From: PVC group bacterium | GTDB lineage: Bacteria > Verrucomicrobiota > Kiritimatiellia > CAIKKV01 > CAITUY01 | Direction of reading: 5' to 3' | DNA length: 64,000 nucleotides | Assembly: GCA_945890715.1 (NCBI GenBank) | Contig: CAMDCX010000001.1 | Span: 13,751 to 77,750 of the forward strand | In this document: positions 27,578-37,627 of the stretch, in pieces | Numbering within the stretch: the stretch's first letter is position 1 | Layout of the letters: each line of letters opens with the position of its first letter | The notes under the pieces: model-generated | What the model saw: the letters and a program-made list of their open reading frames with translations, nothing else | Told to the model about the DNA's origin: nothing | The model's database searches: none | Translations under genes and position numbers: made by a program

Positions 27578-28703
27578 GTGAATAACGATGATATAAAGGG
27601 CCGCATTCAAGAGTTGCGGGAAAAGACCGATGAAATGCGAGGTTATCTTTGACGTTGCCACCCGCCGTGCCACGTTAAGGGAATTGGAGTCTCAAACCTC
27701 CGCGCCGGATTTCTGGGAAGATCCCAATAAGGCCAAGAATCATCTGGCCAAGGTGAATGAAATCAAGGCCGTTCTCACTCCCTTTGATGAAATCGAGAAA
27801 TTCCTCGAAGAAGCCGGCGTGATGCTCGAACTTGCCGATGCCGAGGCTCCGGGTCCCGCTCGTACCCAGGCCTTGAGCGATGCCGGAAAAGATCTGGATC
27901 GCGCCGATGCCGATTTCCGGAAACTGGAGATGCAATCACTTCTGAACGCCAAATTGGACCGGAACAATGCCTTTGTTACCATTCATGCGGGCGCCGGGGG
28001 GACGGAATCCTGCGACTGGGCCAGCATGCTGTTCAGGATGTTTCAACGGTTTTGCTCCATCAAGGGGTTCGAGGTGGAAGTTCTCGATATTGCGGAAGGG
28101 GATGAGGCTGGGATCAAGTATGCCACCTTCGCCGTGCGCGGCACTTATGCTTACGGGTTCATGAAGTGTGAACGCGGGGTGCACCGGCTGGTGCGAATCA
28201 GTCCGTTCGATTCCAACAAGCGGCGCCATACCTCCTTTGCCTCATTGGATGTGATTGCCGAATTGGATGACGATATTGATATCGTGATTGAAGATAAGGA
28301 TTTGCGTGTCGATACGTTCCGGTCCAGCGGGTCGGGGGGGCAGCATGTCAATAAGACCGATTCCGCCATCCGCATTACCCATATGCCCACCGGGGTGGTG
28401 GTCTCCTGCCAGGCGGAACGTTCCCAGCATGCCAACCGGGCCAAGTGTATGAAGGTGTTGCAGTCGAAACTTTACGAACTGGAACAGGACAAGAAACGCA
28501 AGGATATGGAGCGGTTCTACGGGCAGAAGGGCGAAATTTCCTGGGGTAGCCAAATCCGGTCGTATGTGCTCCAGCCTTATACCATGGTCAAGGATCATCG
28601 GACGGATACGGAAACCAGTAATACCGCGGCCGTTCTGGATGGCGGGTTGGATATGTTTGTGGAAGCCTATTTAAAGCAGTTGAAGGCCTCGGAAAAGAAG
28701 TGA
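27578..28703 (+). CDS. prfB: Peptide chain release factor 2 with programmed +1 ribosomal frameshift
   Basis: A 24-codon leader ORF from GTG 27578 (VNNDDIKGRIQELREKTDEMRGYL) ends at CTT TGA C (27647-27653). An internal SD-like GAGG lies upstream of the shift site. The +1 frame continues DVATRRATLRELE… through the SGGQHVNKTDSAIR GGQ motif. Confidence 0.85.
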
Positions 28704-28710
28704 GGGGTTT

Positions 28711-29595
28711 ATGGCATTGCGCAGCATGACCGGATACGGAAGGGGAGAGGCGTCAGGTCGGGGAATTCGCGTGGAGGCGGAACTGACCTCTGTGAATCGC
28801 AAGCAACTTGAAGTCAGGTTGAACCTTCCCCGCTCTCTCTCTTCCCTGGAGTCCCGGATGGTGGAGTTGATTCAGGGATCTGTCTCGCGCGGGCAGATCA
28901 CGGGAAGCGTGATGATTCATGTGTCCGAGGCCTTGCGCCAGAAAAGCCTGAAGGTTGACCGCGTCATGGCCTCGGCGTACATCGTTGAACTTCGAAAAAC
29001 GGCGGCGGCGTTGAAGTTGACGGATGATCTTTCGGCCAGTCTCCTTTTGGAGCTTCCGGAAGTGGTCCGGTATTGCGGGGCGGACGAGGACGTCGATGCA
29101 GTCTGGCCGGTCCTGGAGAAGGCGCTGAAGGGTTCGCTCAGGAATCTGGTGGTGATGCGCCTTAAGGAAGGCGCCGCGCTGGTGACCGATCTGCAGAAGC
29201 GCGTGAAAAAGCTTACCCACCACCTCGAGGAAATTAAGGCCGAAGCCCCCCATGTCACGCAGCGTTATCGTGAAGCGCTCCGGAAACGGCTGGTTGAGGC
29301 GGGGATCACGCTTCAGGTGGAAGATCCGATGATGATCAAGGAACTGGCCGTATTTGCGGATCGTTCCGATATCACGGAGGAGATTACCCGTCTGGACAGT
29401 CATTTGAAGCAGACCCACGAATTGTTCAAGTCCAGTGAGCCGGCCGGGCGGACCCTTGATTTTCTCGCCCAGGAGATGTTCCGGGAGATCAACACGATCG
29501 GGTCGAAGGCCAACGAGGTCCGGATTACCCGTCAGGTGATCGAGTTCAAGACCGAGTTGGAGCGAATCCGGGAGCAGGTTCAGAATATCGAATAA
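28711..29595 (+). CDS. yicC: YicC-family stress-induced protein (UPF0701)
   Basis: Starts MALRSMTGYGRGE… and is about 294 aa with a YicC-like C-terminus. Confidence 0.85.
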   Translation: MALRSMTGYGRGEASGRGIRVEAELTSVNRKQLEVRLNLPRSLSSLESRMVELIQGSVSRGQITGSVMIHVSEALRQKSLKVDRVMASAYIVELRKTAAALKLTDDLSASLLLELPEVVRYCGADEDVDAVWPVLEKALKGSLRNLVVMRLKEGAALVTDLQKRVKKLTHHLEEIKAEAPHVTQRYREALRKRLVEAGITLQVEDPMMIKELAVFADRSDITEEITRLDSHLKQTHELFKSSEPAGRTLDFLAQEMFREINTIGSKANEVRITRQVIEFKTELERIREQVQNIE

Positions 29596-29626
29596 TAGTG
29601 ATTATCCGGGCATCCTCAAGGTGGAT

Positions 29627-29672
29627 CGCGACCTCCGGGCGCGATCAGACGCCGCCCGGAGGTCGGCGTCCA
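29627..29672. repeat. GC-rich extended palindrome/hairpin in the yicC-gmk spacer
   Basis: GCGACCTCCGGGCG…CGCCCGGAGGTCGGC forms a perfect 13-bp inverted repeat. Nested within it is a GACGCCG…CGGCGTC stem related to the REP-like family. Confidence 0.5.
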
Positions 29673-29720
29673 CCAAGTGGATGTGGCGACAATAATGGAC
29701 GGGAGATGAGGGGATAAAGG

Positions 29721-30332
29721 ATGATAGGAACAGAAAAAAGACGGGTGTTATTGCTGGTGGTGTCGGCTCCTTCCGGGGCGGGGAAGAGTACGCTGTGCGA
29801 CCGCCTGTTGGCCGATCATTTCTTTATGACCCGTTCCATTTCCTGTACCACCCGTGCCCCCCGCGGCGCCGAGGTGGATGGCAGGGACTACCATTTCTTG
29901 TCCGAGGCTGAATTCAGCCGGCGAGTCGCGGAGGGATTGTTCCTGGAACATGCGGTGGTTCATGGCAACCTGTATGGAACCCTGAGGGCCACGGTGGAGG
30001 AAGGGTTGAAGGCAGGCAAAGACGTTCTCATGGTGATCGATGTACAGGGCGCGTCCTCCGTCCGCGCCGCCGCGCGGGCCGCCGGTGGCATTTTAGGAGA
30101 GTCTTATGTCGATATCTTCATCAGTCCACCCTCCTTGGAGGCCTTGCGCGACCGGCTCCAGGCACGCGGCGAGGATGCGCCTGAGGTGATTGAGCAGCGA
30201 TTGGCCAATGCGCAGGGGGAGATGCTTCGGGCACGGGAATATCAGCACCGAGTCATCAACGACCAACTTGATCAGGCCTATGCCGAGTTACATGCGATTA
30301 TTCAAGCCGAGCATGACCGGACGCCATGCTGA
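29721..30332 (+). CDS. gmk: Guanylate kinase
   Basis: P-loop VVSAPSGAGKSTL and Gmk architecture. Confidence 0.9.
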   Translation: MIGTEKRRVLLLVVSAPSGAGKSTLCDRLLADHFFMTRSISCTTRAPRGAEVDGRDYHFLSEAEFSRRVAEGLFLEHAVVHGNLYGTLRATVEEGLKAGKDVLMVIDVQGASSVRAAARAAGGILGESYVDIFISPPSLEALRDRLQARGEDAPEVIEQRLANAQGEMLRAREYQHRVINDQLDQAYAELHAIIQAEHDRTPC

Positions 30333-31111
30333 CGGATACTCATGTTCATTTTCGCGGGGCGATGACACCGGACGATATCGCGGGTCTGGTGAGCCGGGCC
30401 TCGGTCGCCGGGGTAGGGCGTCTGGTAGCCGTTGGTTGCGAGCCTGATGCCAATGCTGCGGCGCTTCGTGTCGCGGCGATGTTTCCCGAATGTGTCAAGG
30501 CGGCGGTGGCCTATGATCGCAGTCTGGCAGGAACCGGTGTCGGAGCCGGAGCTATTCGGGAGTTGATCCTTTCGGCGCCGGTTGGACATGTGGCGGCCAT
30601 TGGCGAACTCGGACTCGATTTCCATTATATGCCGGAGACGGCGGAACCCCAGCAGGCCTTGATGGCGGAGCAGTTGGAGTTGGCTCGTGAACTCCGGTTG
30701 CCGGTCATCGTGCACAGTCGTGAAGCCGACCAGGAAACCGTGGCGTTATTGTCAGCTCATGCCCGGCAATGGGGCGGGGCACCCAACCGGATCGGGGTGT
30801 TGCATTGTTTTACCGGAACGGAATCCCTGGCCCGTCAGTTACTCGATCTGGGTTTCATGATCAGCTTCAGCGGGATTGTCACCTTCCGTAATGCCGATCC
30901 TCTGCGCGCGGTGGCCCGGGGAATTCCTTCCGACCGACTCCTGATCGAGACCGATACTCCGTACCTGGCGCCCGTTCCCCATCGTGGAAAGCCCAACGAG
31001 CCGTGCTACCTTCCTGATGTGGCCGCCTTGTTGGCCAAAGTGCGGGGAATTGAGATGGCGGAACTTGTCATTCAAACCACCGCCAATGCCGAGAAGCTGT
31101 TCGGATGGTGA
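30326..31111 (+). CDS. tatD: TatD-family metal-dependent hydrolase/DNase
   Basis: Starts LTDTHVHF, with the conserved GEIGLDFHY and ETDTPYLAPVPHRG motifs. Confidence 0.85.
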   Translation: MLTDTHVHFRGAMTPDDIAGLVSRASVAGVGRLVAVGCEPDANAAALRVAAMFPECVKAAVAYDRSLAGTGVGAGAIRELILSAPVGHVAAIGELGLDFHYMPETAEPQQALMAEQLELARELRLPVIVHSREADQETVALLSAHARQWGGAPNRIGVLHCFTGTESLARQLLDLGFMISFSGIVTFRNADPLRAVARGIPSDRLLIETDTPYLAPVPHRGKPNEPCYLPDVAALLAKVRGIEMAELVIQTTANAEKLFGW

Positions 31112-32719
31112 TTACAGGGTGTTCAGGAGGTGCTCAGCTGATCGCATGCCATCGATGGCGGAACTGACGATGCCCCCGGCGTATCCGGCGCCTTCCCCAA
31201 CGGGATAGAGGCCGCGTGTGTTGACGGATTCTCCTTCCGCGGTTCGGGTGATCCACAGTGGACTTGAGCTGCGCGTCTCAGGGGCGTACAGGACGGCGTC
31301 CTTCAGCTTTACGCCGTACAATTCCTGTAACATCGGGGGAATGGCCTTCTCCAAAGTGGTCGTGACAAAATCAGGAAGAAGGGTTCGGAATTCAACCGGT
31401 ACGGCCACGGGGCACGAACCTCCTTCCGGGAGCGCGGCAGAAACACTTTTGGCCAGAAAGTCGACCAGGCGTACGGCAGGGACTTTGTAGCCGCCCCCCG
31501 CCGCCGTAAAGGCGTCACGCTCCAGTTTGCGTTGAAACTCGACACCTGCCAATGCGGGAATGGCGTGCTCAGGATAGTCGGCCGGGCCGACGGGAACCAG
31601 AAAGGCGGCATTGCCAAGCGGTAACGACCTTTTTGAATAACTCATGCCGTTCGTGGTCAGAAGTCCCGGTTCCGATGCGCACGTGATGACTTTCCCTCCG
31701 GGGCACATGCAGAAACTGTAGCAGGAGCGGACGTCCTCTTCCTCCCGCCGGGTCAGCCGGAAACTCGCGGGTCCCAGTAGGGGGCTTCCCGCAAATCGCC
31801 CATACTGGGCACGGTCAATGGCCGATTGTGAAATTTCAAGGCGGACACCGACAGCGAAGGGTTTTGGTTGAAGGGCCACGCCTCGGTTTGCCAGCATTTC
31901 ATAGACATCACGGGCGCTGTGTCCCACTGCCAGCACGCAGTGTGTGCAGGCGATTTCGTGCCCGTTCACCACGATTGCCCGAAGTTGGCCTGCTTCAATG
32001 ATGACGGCATCGAGTCGTGATCGGAAACGCACCTCGCCGCCGGTAGCGATGATCCGTTCGCGGAGGCGGGGAACAATCGTCAGCAGAGCATCACTGCCGA
32101 CATGGGGTTCTGCATCGATCAGGACATTTTCATTGGCGCCGCAGGTATGAAGCAGTTTCATGAAGTCCCGGATACGTCCCCGCTCCTTGCTTCGTGCGGT
32201 GAGCTTACCGTCCGAAAATAGTCCCGCGCCCCCCTCGCCATAGAGGACATTGCTTTCCGGATCCAGGATTCCGTCGTTCCAGAACTGAGCCACTTTGGGT
32301 GCCCGCTCTGAGGCCTCGTCACCCCGTTCAATCAGAAGGGGGCGAGCCCCGGCGATCGCCAGTTGGTACGCCGCCATTAAACCGGCGGGGCCGGCACCCA
32401 CCACAACAGGGCGAATGCCGGTTTCAGGAAGAGCTCGAACCCGTGTGCTGGGTATTTCATCCTCTGTCGGACCGGTCACGATTTCCACGGCCGGGCTTGT
32501 TGCCGAGGGAGGCAGGGAGGGGAGATTGAAATCCACTTCAACGGTCAGGGCGTACACCGGTTCCGGGTTGCGGGCCCGGGCATCCAGGGAGCGGCGGACG
32601 ATTTTCGGATTAGCCAGGCAATCGGAATCGCATCCAATTTTACGGCTCACGCGTTGCAGAATCGTTGGGTCGTCATAGGAAAGAGGGACATTGACCTGAT
32701 GGACGAGCAATCTCATCAC
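31112..32719 (-). CDS. FAD-dependent oxidoreductase (COG2509-like uncharacterised flavoprotein)
   Basis: N-terminal dinucleotide-binding VVVGAGPAGLMAAYQLAIAG…LIERGD. About 535 aa. Confidence 0.6.
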   Translation of the reverse strand: MMRLLVHQVNVPLSYDDPTILQRVSRKIGCDSDCLANPKIVRRSLDARARNPEPVYALTVEVDFNLPSLPPSATSPAVEIVTGPTEDEIPSTRVRALPETGIRPVVVGAGPAGLMAAYQLAIAGARPLLIERGDEASERAPKVAQFWNDGILDPESNVLYGEGGAGLFSDGKLTARSKERGRIRDFMKLLHTCGANENVLIDAEPHVGSDALLTIVPRLRERIIATGGEVRFRSRLDAVIIEAGQLRAIVVNGHEIACTHCVLAVGHSARDVYEMLANRGVALQPKPFAVGVRLEISQSAIDRAQYGRFAGSPLLGPASFRLTRREEEDVRSCYSFCMCPGGKVITCASEPGLLTTNGMSYSKRSLPLGNAAFLVPVGPADYPEHAIPALAGVEFQRKLERDAFTAAGGGYKVPAVRLVDFLAKSVSAALPEGGSCPVAVPVEFRTLLPDFVTTTLEKAIPPMLQELYGVKLKDAVLYAPETRSSSPLWITRTAEGESVNTRGLYPVGEGAGYAGGIVSSAIDGMRSAEHLLNTL

Positions 32720-32728
32720 GAATGAATA

Positions 32729-33022
32729 TCATGGGATCGACGGAAATGAAAGCATAGCCTGTGTTGCGGTGATCCCTTTGACGGATACCCGTTTCTGACG
32801 ACTGGTCTGGCCCGAGAGCAGGGTGACTTGTCGGCGCGGGACATTCAGAACTCCGGCCAGAAATTCCAGTAGTGTGTCATTGGCTTTTCCGTCCACCGGC
32901 GGCGCCTGGAGGCGGATTTTCAGCGCCTCACCGTGAAGTCCCTGAATCTGGTTTTTGGCGGCGCGCGGTGTGGCGTGTATGGACAGGACAACGCCTTCTT
33001 TGGTTTCAGTTATCCAACTCAT
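32729..33022 (-). CDS. DUF167/YggU-family protein
   Basis: 97 aa containing …HATPRAAKNQIQGLHGEALKIRLQAPPVDGKANDTLLEFLAG…, typical of YggU. Confidence 0.75.
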   Translation of the reverse strand: MSWITETKEGVVLSIHATPRAAKNQIQGLHGEALKIRLQAPPVDGKANDTLLEFLAGVLNVPRRQVTLLSGQTSRQKRVSVKGITATQAMLSFPSIP

Positions 33023-33204
33023 GTTGTTATACTGACGGGCTCGGTCAGGACAGTCGAGACAAGAAAATCATTTCGGCGCTTCCTTCGGTCTATCAACGGC
33101 TTAACAATTTGACGCTAGCGGAGAGGGGGAAAAGGCTTGAAGAAGATGGTGGTGAAGTACTATAGTCTGACTGTTTTTTTGTGCTCGATTAGGAAATCAA
33201 CCGG

Positions 33205-36200
33205 ATGAATGAATCATCCGGAAAAACTCTGGAAAGGGAGTTGAAGGCTATGGCTGAGAATAAGAACATGATCATGGTGGATGGAAATCAGGCGGTTGCC
33301 AATGTCGCCCATGCCACGAACGAAGTTTGCGCGATTTATCCGATTACCCCCTCCTCCGCGATGGGCGAATGGGCTGATGAGTATAGTGCCGCTGGCATGA
33401 AGAATGTCTGGGGAACGATCCCGCAAGTGGTGGAGATGCAGTCCGAGGGCGGCGCGAGTGGCGCGGTTCATGGCGCGTTGGCCACCGGTGCCCTGACGAC
33501 GACGTTCACGGCCTCTCAGGGTCTGCTTCTGATGATTCCCAACATGTACAAGATTGCCGGTGAGCTCACCAGTACGGTATTCCATGTCACCGCCCGTTCC
33601 CTGGCCTGTCAGGGGTTGTCGATTTTCGGCGACCACTCGGACGTCATGGCCGTGCGCCAGACCGGGTTTGCGATGCTGGCTTCTGCCAGCGTTCAGGAAG
33701 CGCATGATTTCGCCCTCATTTCGCAGGCGGCTACCTTGCAGGCGCGGGTTCCCTTCGTGCATTTCTTTGACGGCTTCCGGACGTCCCATGAAGTTCAGAA
33801 GATTGAATCCATTTCCAGCGATGTAATTCGTGCGATGGTTACGGATGATCTTGTATTTGCCCATCGCCGGCGCGCCCTGTCGCCTGATCGTCCCATGATC
33901 CGGGGTACCGCCCAGAATCCGGATGTGTATTTCCAGGGTCGCGAAACCGTCAACAAGTATTACGATGCCTGTCCGGGTATTGTGCAGAAGACCATGGATC
34001 AGTTTGCCAAGCTGACGGGTCGCCAGTATCACCTGTTCGATTACGTCGGAGCCCCGGATGCCGAGCGCGTGATCATCATTATGGGGTCAGGCGCCGAGAC
34101 CGTTCATGAAACAGTTGAGGCTCTGGTTGCCAAAGGCGAAAAGGTCGGCGTGCTCAAGGTTCGCCTGTTCCGTCCCTGGGATATCAAGACCTTCGTCAAG
34201 ACCCTGCCGGAAACCGTTCGCTCCATTGCCGTCTTGGATCGCACCAAGGAGCCGGGCTCCATCGGTGAGCCGATGTACGAAGATGTCCGGACCGCAATCG
34301 GCGAGGCGCAGAGCGAGAAGCTCATGCAGACCAAGTTCTATCCCCTGGTCGTTGGCGGCCGCTACGGCCTTGGTTCCAAGGAATTCACCCCGGCCATGGT
34401 GAAGGCTGTTTTCGACAATCTCGTCACCGGTAAAAAGAATCACTTCACAATCGGAATCAACGACGACGTGACGAATACGAGTCTGTCCTTTGACCCGTCT
34501 TTTCAACTCGAGCACAAGGGCCGAATCGAGGCCATGTTCTACGGGCTTGGGTCCGACGGCACGGTGGGCGCCAACAAGAATTCGATCAAGATCATCGGGG
34601 ACGACACGGATTTCTCCGCACAGGGGTATTTCGTGTACGATTCGAAGAAGGCCGGCACGATCACCGTGTCGCACCTGCGATTCGGACCCGGCTTGATCCG
34701 CAGTCCATACCTTTGCACCAAGGCCGACTTCGTGGCCTGCCATAACTTCTCATTCGTCGAGAAGTACGACATGCTGGCGACAGCCAAGATGGGGGCCGCA
34801 TTCCTGCTGGCAAGCCCGTTCACGGCGGCGGAAGTCTGGAATCATATGCCCGATGAACTGGAACAGCAGATCATCGACAAGAAAATCAAGTTCTATGTGA
34901 TTGATGCCAATAAATTGGCCGCCGATCTCGGGTTGGGCGCCCGCATCAATACCCTGATGCAGACCTGTTTCTTCAGCATTTCCGGTGTTCTGCCCCAGGC
35001 AGAAGCCGTTGAAAGCCTCAAGAAGGCCATTAAGAAGAGTTACGGTCGCAAAGGCGATGATGTGGTTAAGTCTAACTTCCAGGCTGTGGATGCCGCCGTT
35101 GCCGCCATCCAGCCTGTCAAGGTTCCTGCCACGGTTGCCGGCAAGGTGAAAATGCCTGCCGTTGTCCCGGCGGATTCCCCGGAATTCGTGCGGACCGTTA
35201 CGGCGACTCTGATCAAGCAGAAGGGTGACAGCATTGCCGTGAGCCAGATGCCCGAGGATGGAACCTGGCCGACTGGGACGACCCAGTACGAGAAACGGAA
35301 CATTGCGGTTGAGATTCCCGAATGGAATCCCGATCTGTGCATCCAGTGCGCCCAGTGTTCGCTGGTTTGCCCCCATGCGGCAATCCGTGTCAAGGCCTAC
35401 GATGCGAAGGCCTTGGCCTCTGCGCCGAAGACCTTCAAGTGCAGCGATGCCAAAGGTAAGGAATTTGCCGGCCTTAAGTTCACCGTTCAGGTGGCTCCGG
35501 AAGATTGCACCGGGTGCGGCGCCTGTGTCTGGAATTGTCCCGGACGGGAGCGCGACAAGGCGACCAAGCAGGAAACTGGCAAGCGCGCGATTATGATGGC
35601 GCCCCAGTTGCCGCTTCGCGAAAATGAGGCCGAGAACTTCAAGTTCTTCCTGGCGCTTCCTGAAACAGACGTCAAGCTCTACAAGAAGGACACGGTCAAG
35701 GGCAGCCAGTTCGTAAAGCCGTTGTTTGAGTTCTCCGGAGCCTGTGCGGGTTGCGGCGAGACGCCGTACGTCAAGTTGCTGACCCAGTTGGTGGGCGACC
35801 GTCTGTATATCGCCAATGCCACAGGCTGTACGTCGATCTATGGCGGGAACCTGCCCACGACCCCTTACGCAAAGCGGGATGATGGACGCGGTCCGTGTTG
35901 GGCAAACTCGTTGTTCGAGGACAACGCCGAGTTTGGCTACGGGATGCGCCTGACGGTTGATAAGTTCAATGAGTACGCTCTGGAACTTGTGGATCAGTTG
36001 ATCGGGGGTGCCTGTGACAGCCTGAAGGCGGACAAGGATCTCCTGACGGCCATCAAGACGGCGGATCAGACAACGCAGGCCGGGATTGAGGAGCAGCGTG
36101 CCCGGGTGGCTACGCTCAAGACCAAGCTGGCCGGTTGCAAAGCCGAGTCCTGTACGCGGTTGCTCTCACTGGCCGATTATCTGGTGAAGAAGTCCGTCTG

Positions 36201-36870
36201 GGTACTGGGCGGCGATGGCTGGGCCTATGATATCGGCTATGGTGGCTTGGATCATGTCCTTGCCTCAGGCCGCAATATCAAGATATTGGTGGTGGATACA
36301 GAAGTGTATTCCAATACCGGCGGCCAGGCTTCCAAGTCGACCCCGATGGGCGCTGTGGCCAAGTTCGCGGCAGGCGGAAAACCGTCCATGAAGAAGGATC
36401 TGGGTATGATCTCGATGACCTACGGGAACATCTATGTGGCCACCGTGGCGTTGGGTGCGAACCCGGGCCAGTGCGTGAAGGCGTTCATGGAAGCCGAGCA
36501 GTATGACGGTCCCGCCATCATCATTGCCTACTCGCATTGCATCGCCCACGGGATTGACATGACCTCGGGTATGCAGGGCCAGAAGGATGCCGTGAATTCG
36601 GCTCACTTCCCGCTGTACCGGTTCAATCCGGAGCTGTCGGCGCAGGGCAAGAATCCACTTGTGCTGGACAGCAAGGCTCCGACGATGAAGTTCAGCGAGC
36701 ATGCCATGAAGGAAAACCGGTTCCGTGTATTGAAGAAGATCAATCCGGAACAGGCCACGAAACTCATGGCCATTGTGGATCAGAAGGTTTTGGCCAAGTT
36801 CGATATGCTCACCAAGCTGGCGGGTATGCCGCCCTGCACGGGTGAAGTGACTTCGGCCCCGCAGGCCTGA
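33205..36870 (+). CDS. Pyruvate:ferredoxin (flavodoxin) oxidoreductase, single-polypeptide form (NifJ/PorA-type)
   Basis: 1221 aa carrying TPP-binding motifs and two 4Fe-4S ferredoxin motifs (CIQCAQCSLVCPHAAIRV; CTGCGACVWNCP). The exact start is uncertain (33205, 33250 or 33265). Confidence 0.9.
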   Translation: MNESSGKTLERELKAMAENKNMIMVDGNQAVANVAHATNEVCAIYPITPSSAMGEWADEYSAAGMKNVWGTIPQVVEMQSEGGASGAVHGALATGALTTTFTASQGLLLMIPNMYKIAGELTSTVFHVTARSLACQGLSIFGDHSDVMAVRQTGFAMLASASVQEAHDFALISQAATLQARVPFVHFFDGFRTSHEVQKIESISSDVIRAMVTDDLVFAHRRRALSPDRPMIRGTAQNPDVYFQGRETVNKYYDACPGIVQKTMDQFAKLTGRQYHLFDYVGAPDAERVIIIMGSGAETVHETVEALVAKGEKVGVLKVRLFRPWDIKTFVKTLPETVRSIAVLDRTKEPGSIGEPMYEDVRTAIGEAQSEKLMQTKFYPLVVGGRYGLGSKEFTPAMVKAVFDNLVTGKKNHFTIGINDDVTNTSLSFDPSFQLEHKGRIEAMFYGLGSDGTVGANKNSIKIIGDDTDFSAQGYFVYDSKKAGTITVSHLRFGPGLIRSPYLCTKADFVACHNFSFVEKYDMLATAKMGAAFLLASPFTAAEVWNHMPDELEQQIIDKKIKFYVIDANKLAADLGLGARINTLMQTCFFSISGVLPQAEAVESLKKAIKKSYGRKGDDVVKSNFQAVDAAVAAIQPVKVPATVAGKVKMPAVVPADSPEFVRTVTATLIKQKGDSIAVSQMPEDGTWPTGTTQYEKRNIAVEIPEWNPDLCIQCAQCSLVCPHAAIRVKAYDAKALASAPKTFKCSDAKGKEFAGLKFTVQVAPEDCTGCGACVWNCPGRERDKATKQETGKRAIMMAPQLPLRENEAENFKFFLALPETDVKLYKKDTVKGSQFVKPLFEFSGACAGCGETPYVKLLTQLVGDRLYIANATGCTSIYGGNLPTTPYAKRDDGRGPCWANSLFEDNAEFGYGMRLTVDKFNEYALELVDQLIGGACDSLKADKDLLTAIKTADQTTQAGIEEQRARVATLKTKLAGCKAESCTRLLSLADYLVKKSVWVLGGDGWAYDIGYGGLDHVLASGRNIKILVVDTEVYSNTGGQASKSTPMGAVAKFAAGGKPSMKKDLGMISMTYGNIYVATVALGANPGQCVKAFMEAEQYDGPAIIIAYSHCIAHGIDMTSGMQGQKDAVNSAHFPLYRFNPELSAQGKNPLVLDSKAPTMKFSEHAMKENRFRVLKKINPEQATKLMAIVDQKVLAKFDMLTKLAGMPPCTGEVTSAPQA

Positions 36871-36891
36871 CACGCGTAATAGAAAGATCGA

Positions 36892-36931
36892 CAGGGCGGC
36901 CTGAGTCAAATCAGGTCGCCCTGTTTTTTTT
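36892..36931 (+). terminator. Rho-independent terminator after the PFOR gene
   Basis: A 10-bp GC stem (CAGGGCGGCC / GGTCGCCCTG, one G-U pair) with a 12-nt loop, followed by T8. Confidence 0.8.
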
Positions 36932-36972
36932 GAAAACACGCACCGTGGATCAAGGGGAAAGGGATAATGGAC

Positions 36973-37150
36973 TCATGACCCAGGACTTGGGGAGGGGGGC
37001 TCGACCTGGCGGGTTCCTTTGCAGTTGGGGTAAGCGGTGCAGCCCCAGAAATCGTGGCCTGCATTTTTGCCTGCCCGTGCCTTGCGCTTTTGCATGGGTT
37101 TTTCGCAAAGGGGGCAGGCTGGGGAGGGCTCGCCTGATGCGGCGGTACCC
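36973..37150 (-). pseudogene. Remnant or orphan topoisomerase-type C4 zinc-ribbon ORF with no in-frame start nearby
   Basis: CPLCEKPMQKRKARAGKNAGHDFWGCTAYPNCKGT fits the zf-C4_Topoisom pattern (CxxC-x16-C-x5-C). The only upstream ATG would force a 113-nt antisense overlap with the toxin gene. Confidence 0.4.
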
Positions 37151-37291
37151 CGTGTGTGGCCTTGAGATGAGATCTGCTGATGAGGCGCTTTTCGGTTTGC
37201 TGATAGAAGAATCGTTATGGTGGCCGATAGACGGGGGCACCTTATTCCAGGCACAATACGCCAGTATCCAATATTGACAAGGAGTAAGCCA

Positions 37292-37627
37292 ATGGCGTAT
37301 AGTGATGTGGTAGTGTTTATTGAGACACCTGTATTTACAAGGCAGATCGAAGACCTGTTGACGGAGGATGAATACTGTGGACTCCAGCAGGCTTTGATTC
37401 TCAATCCAGGGGTGGGTGATGTGATACGTAACAGTGGCGGGTTACGGAAGGTGCGGTGGCGAGCGGGATCAAAGGGGAAACGTAGCGGGATCCGGGTGAT
37501 CTATTATTGGTTCGTTCGCGAGCATGAAATTTATATGCTTCTTGCGTATGGTAAAAATCAAAAGGATGATTTATCTCCAAGGGAATTAAGCATTTTACGG
37601 GGGGGCGTTCATAAGGTGCAGTTATGA
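37292..37627 (+). CDS. Type II toxin, RelE/ParE superfamily, Gp49/HigB-like
   Basis: A 111-aa protein with VVFIETPVFTRQIEDLL… and C-terminal GIRVIYYWFVREHEIYMLLAYGKNQKDDL, typical of Gp49-like toxins. TTGACA and AAGGAGT lie upstream of the ATG at 37292. Confidence 0.75.
   Translation: MAYSDVVVFIETPVFTRQIEDLLTEDEYCGLQQALILNPGVGDVIRNSGGLRKVRWRAGSKGKRSGIRVIYYWFVREHEIYMLLAYGKNQKDDLSPRELSILRGGVHKVQL

Noticed and set aside
27630-28703. Track ORF starting MKCEVIFD as the prfB start
   Set aside because: The upstream 24-codon frame aligns with the RF2 N-terminus and ends at the canonical CTT TGA C shift site. The ATG at 27630 is an internal, out-of-context Met.
36930-37277. 115-aa plus-strand ORF (MKTRTVDQGERDNG…)
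   Set aside because: Low-complexity, Arg/Gly-rich and without an SD. It overlaps the better-supported zinc-ribbon frame and the toxin promoter region.
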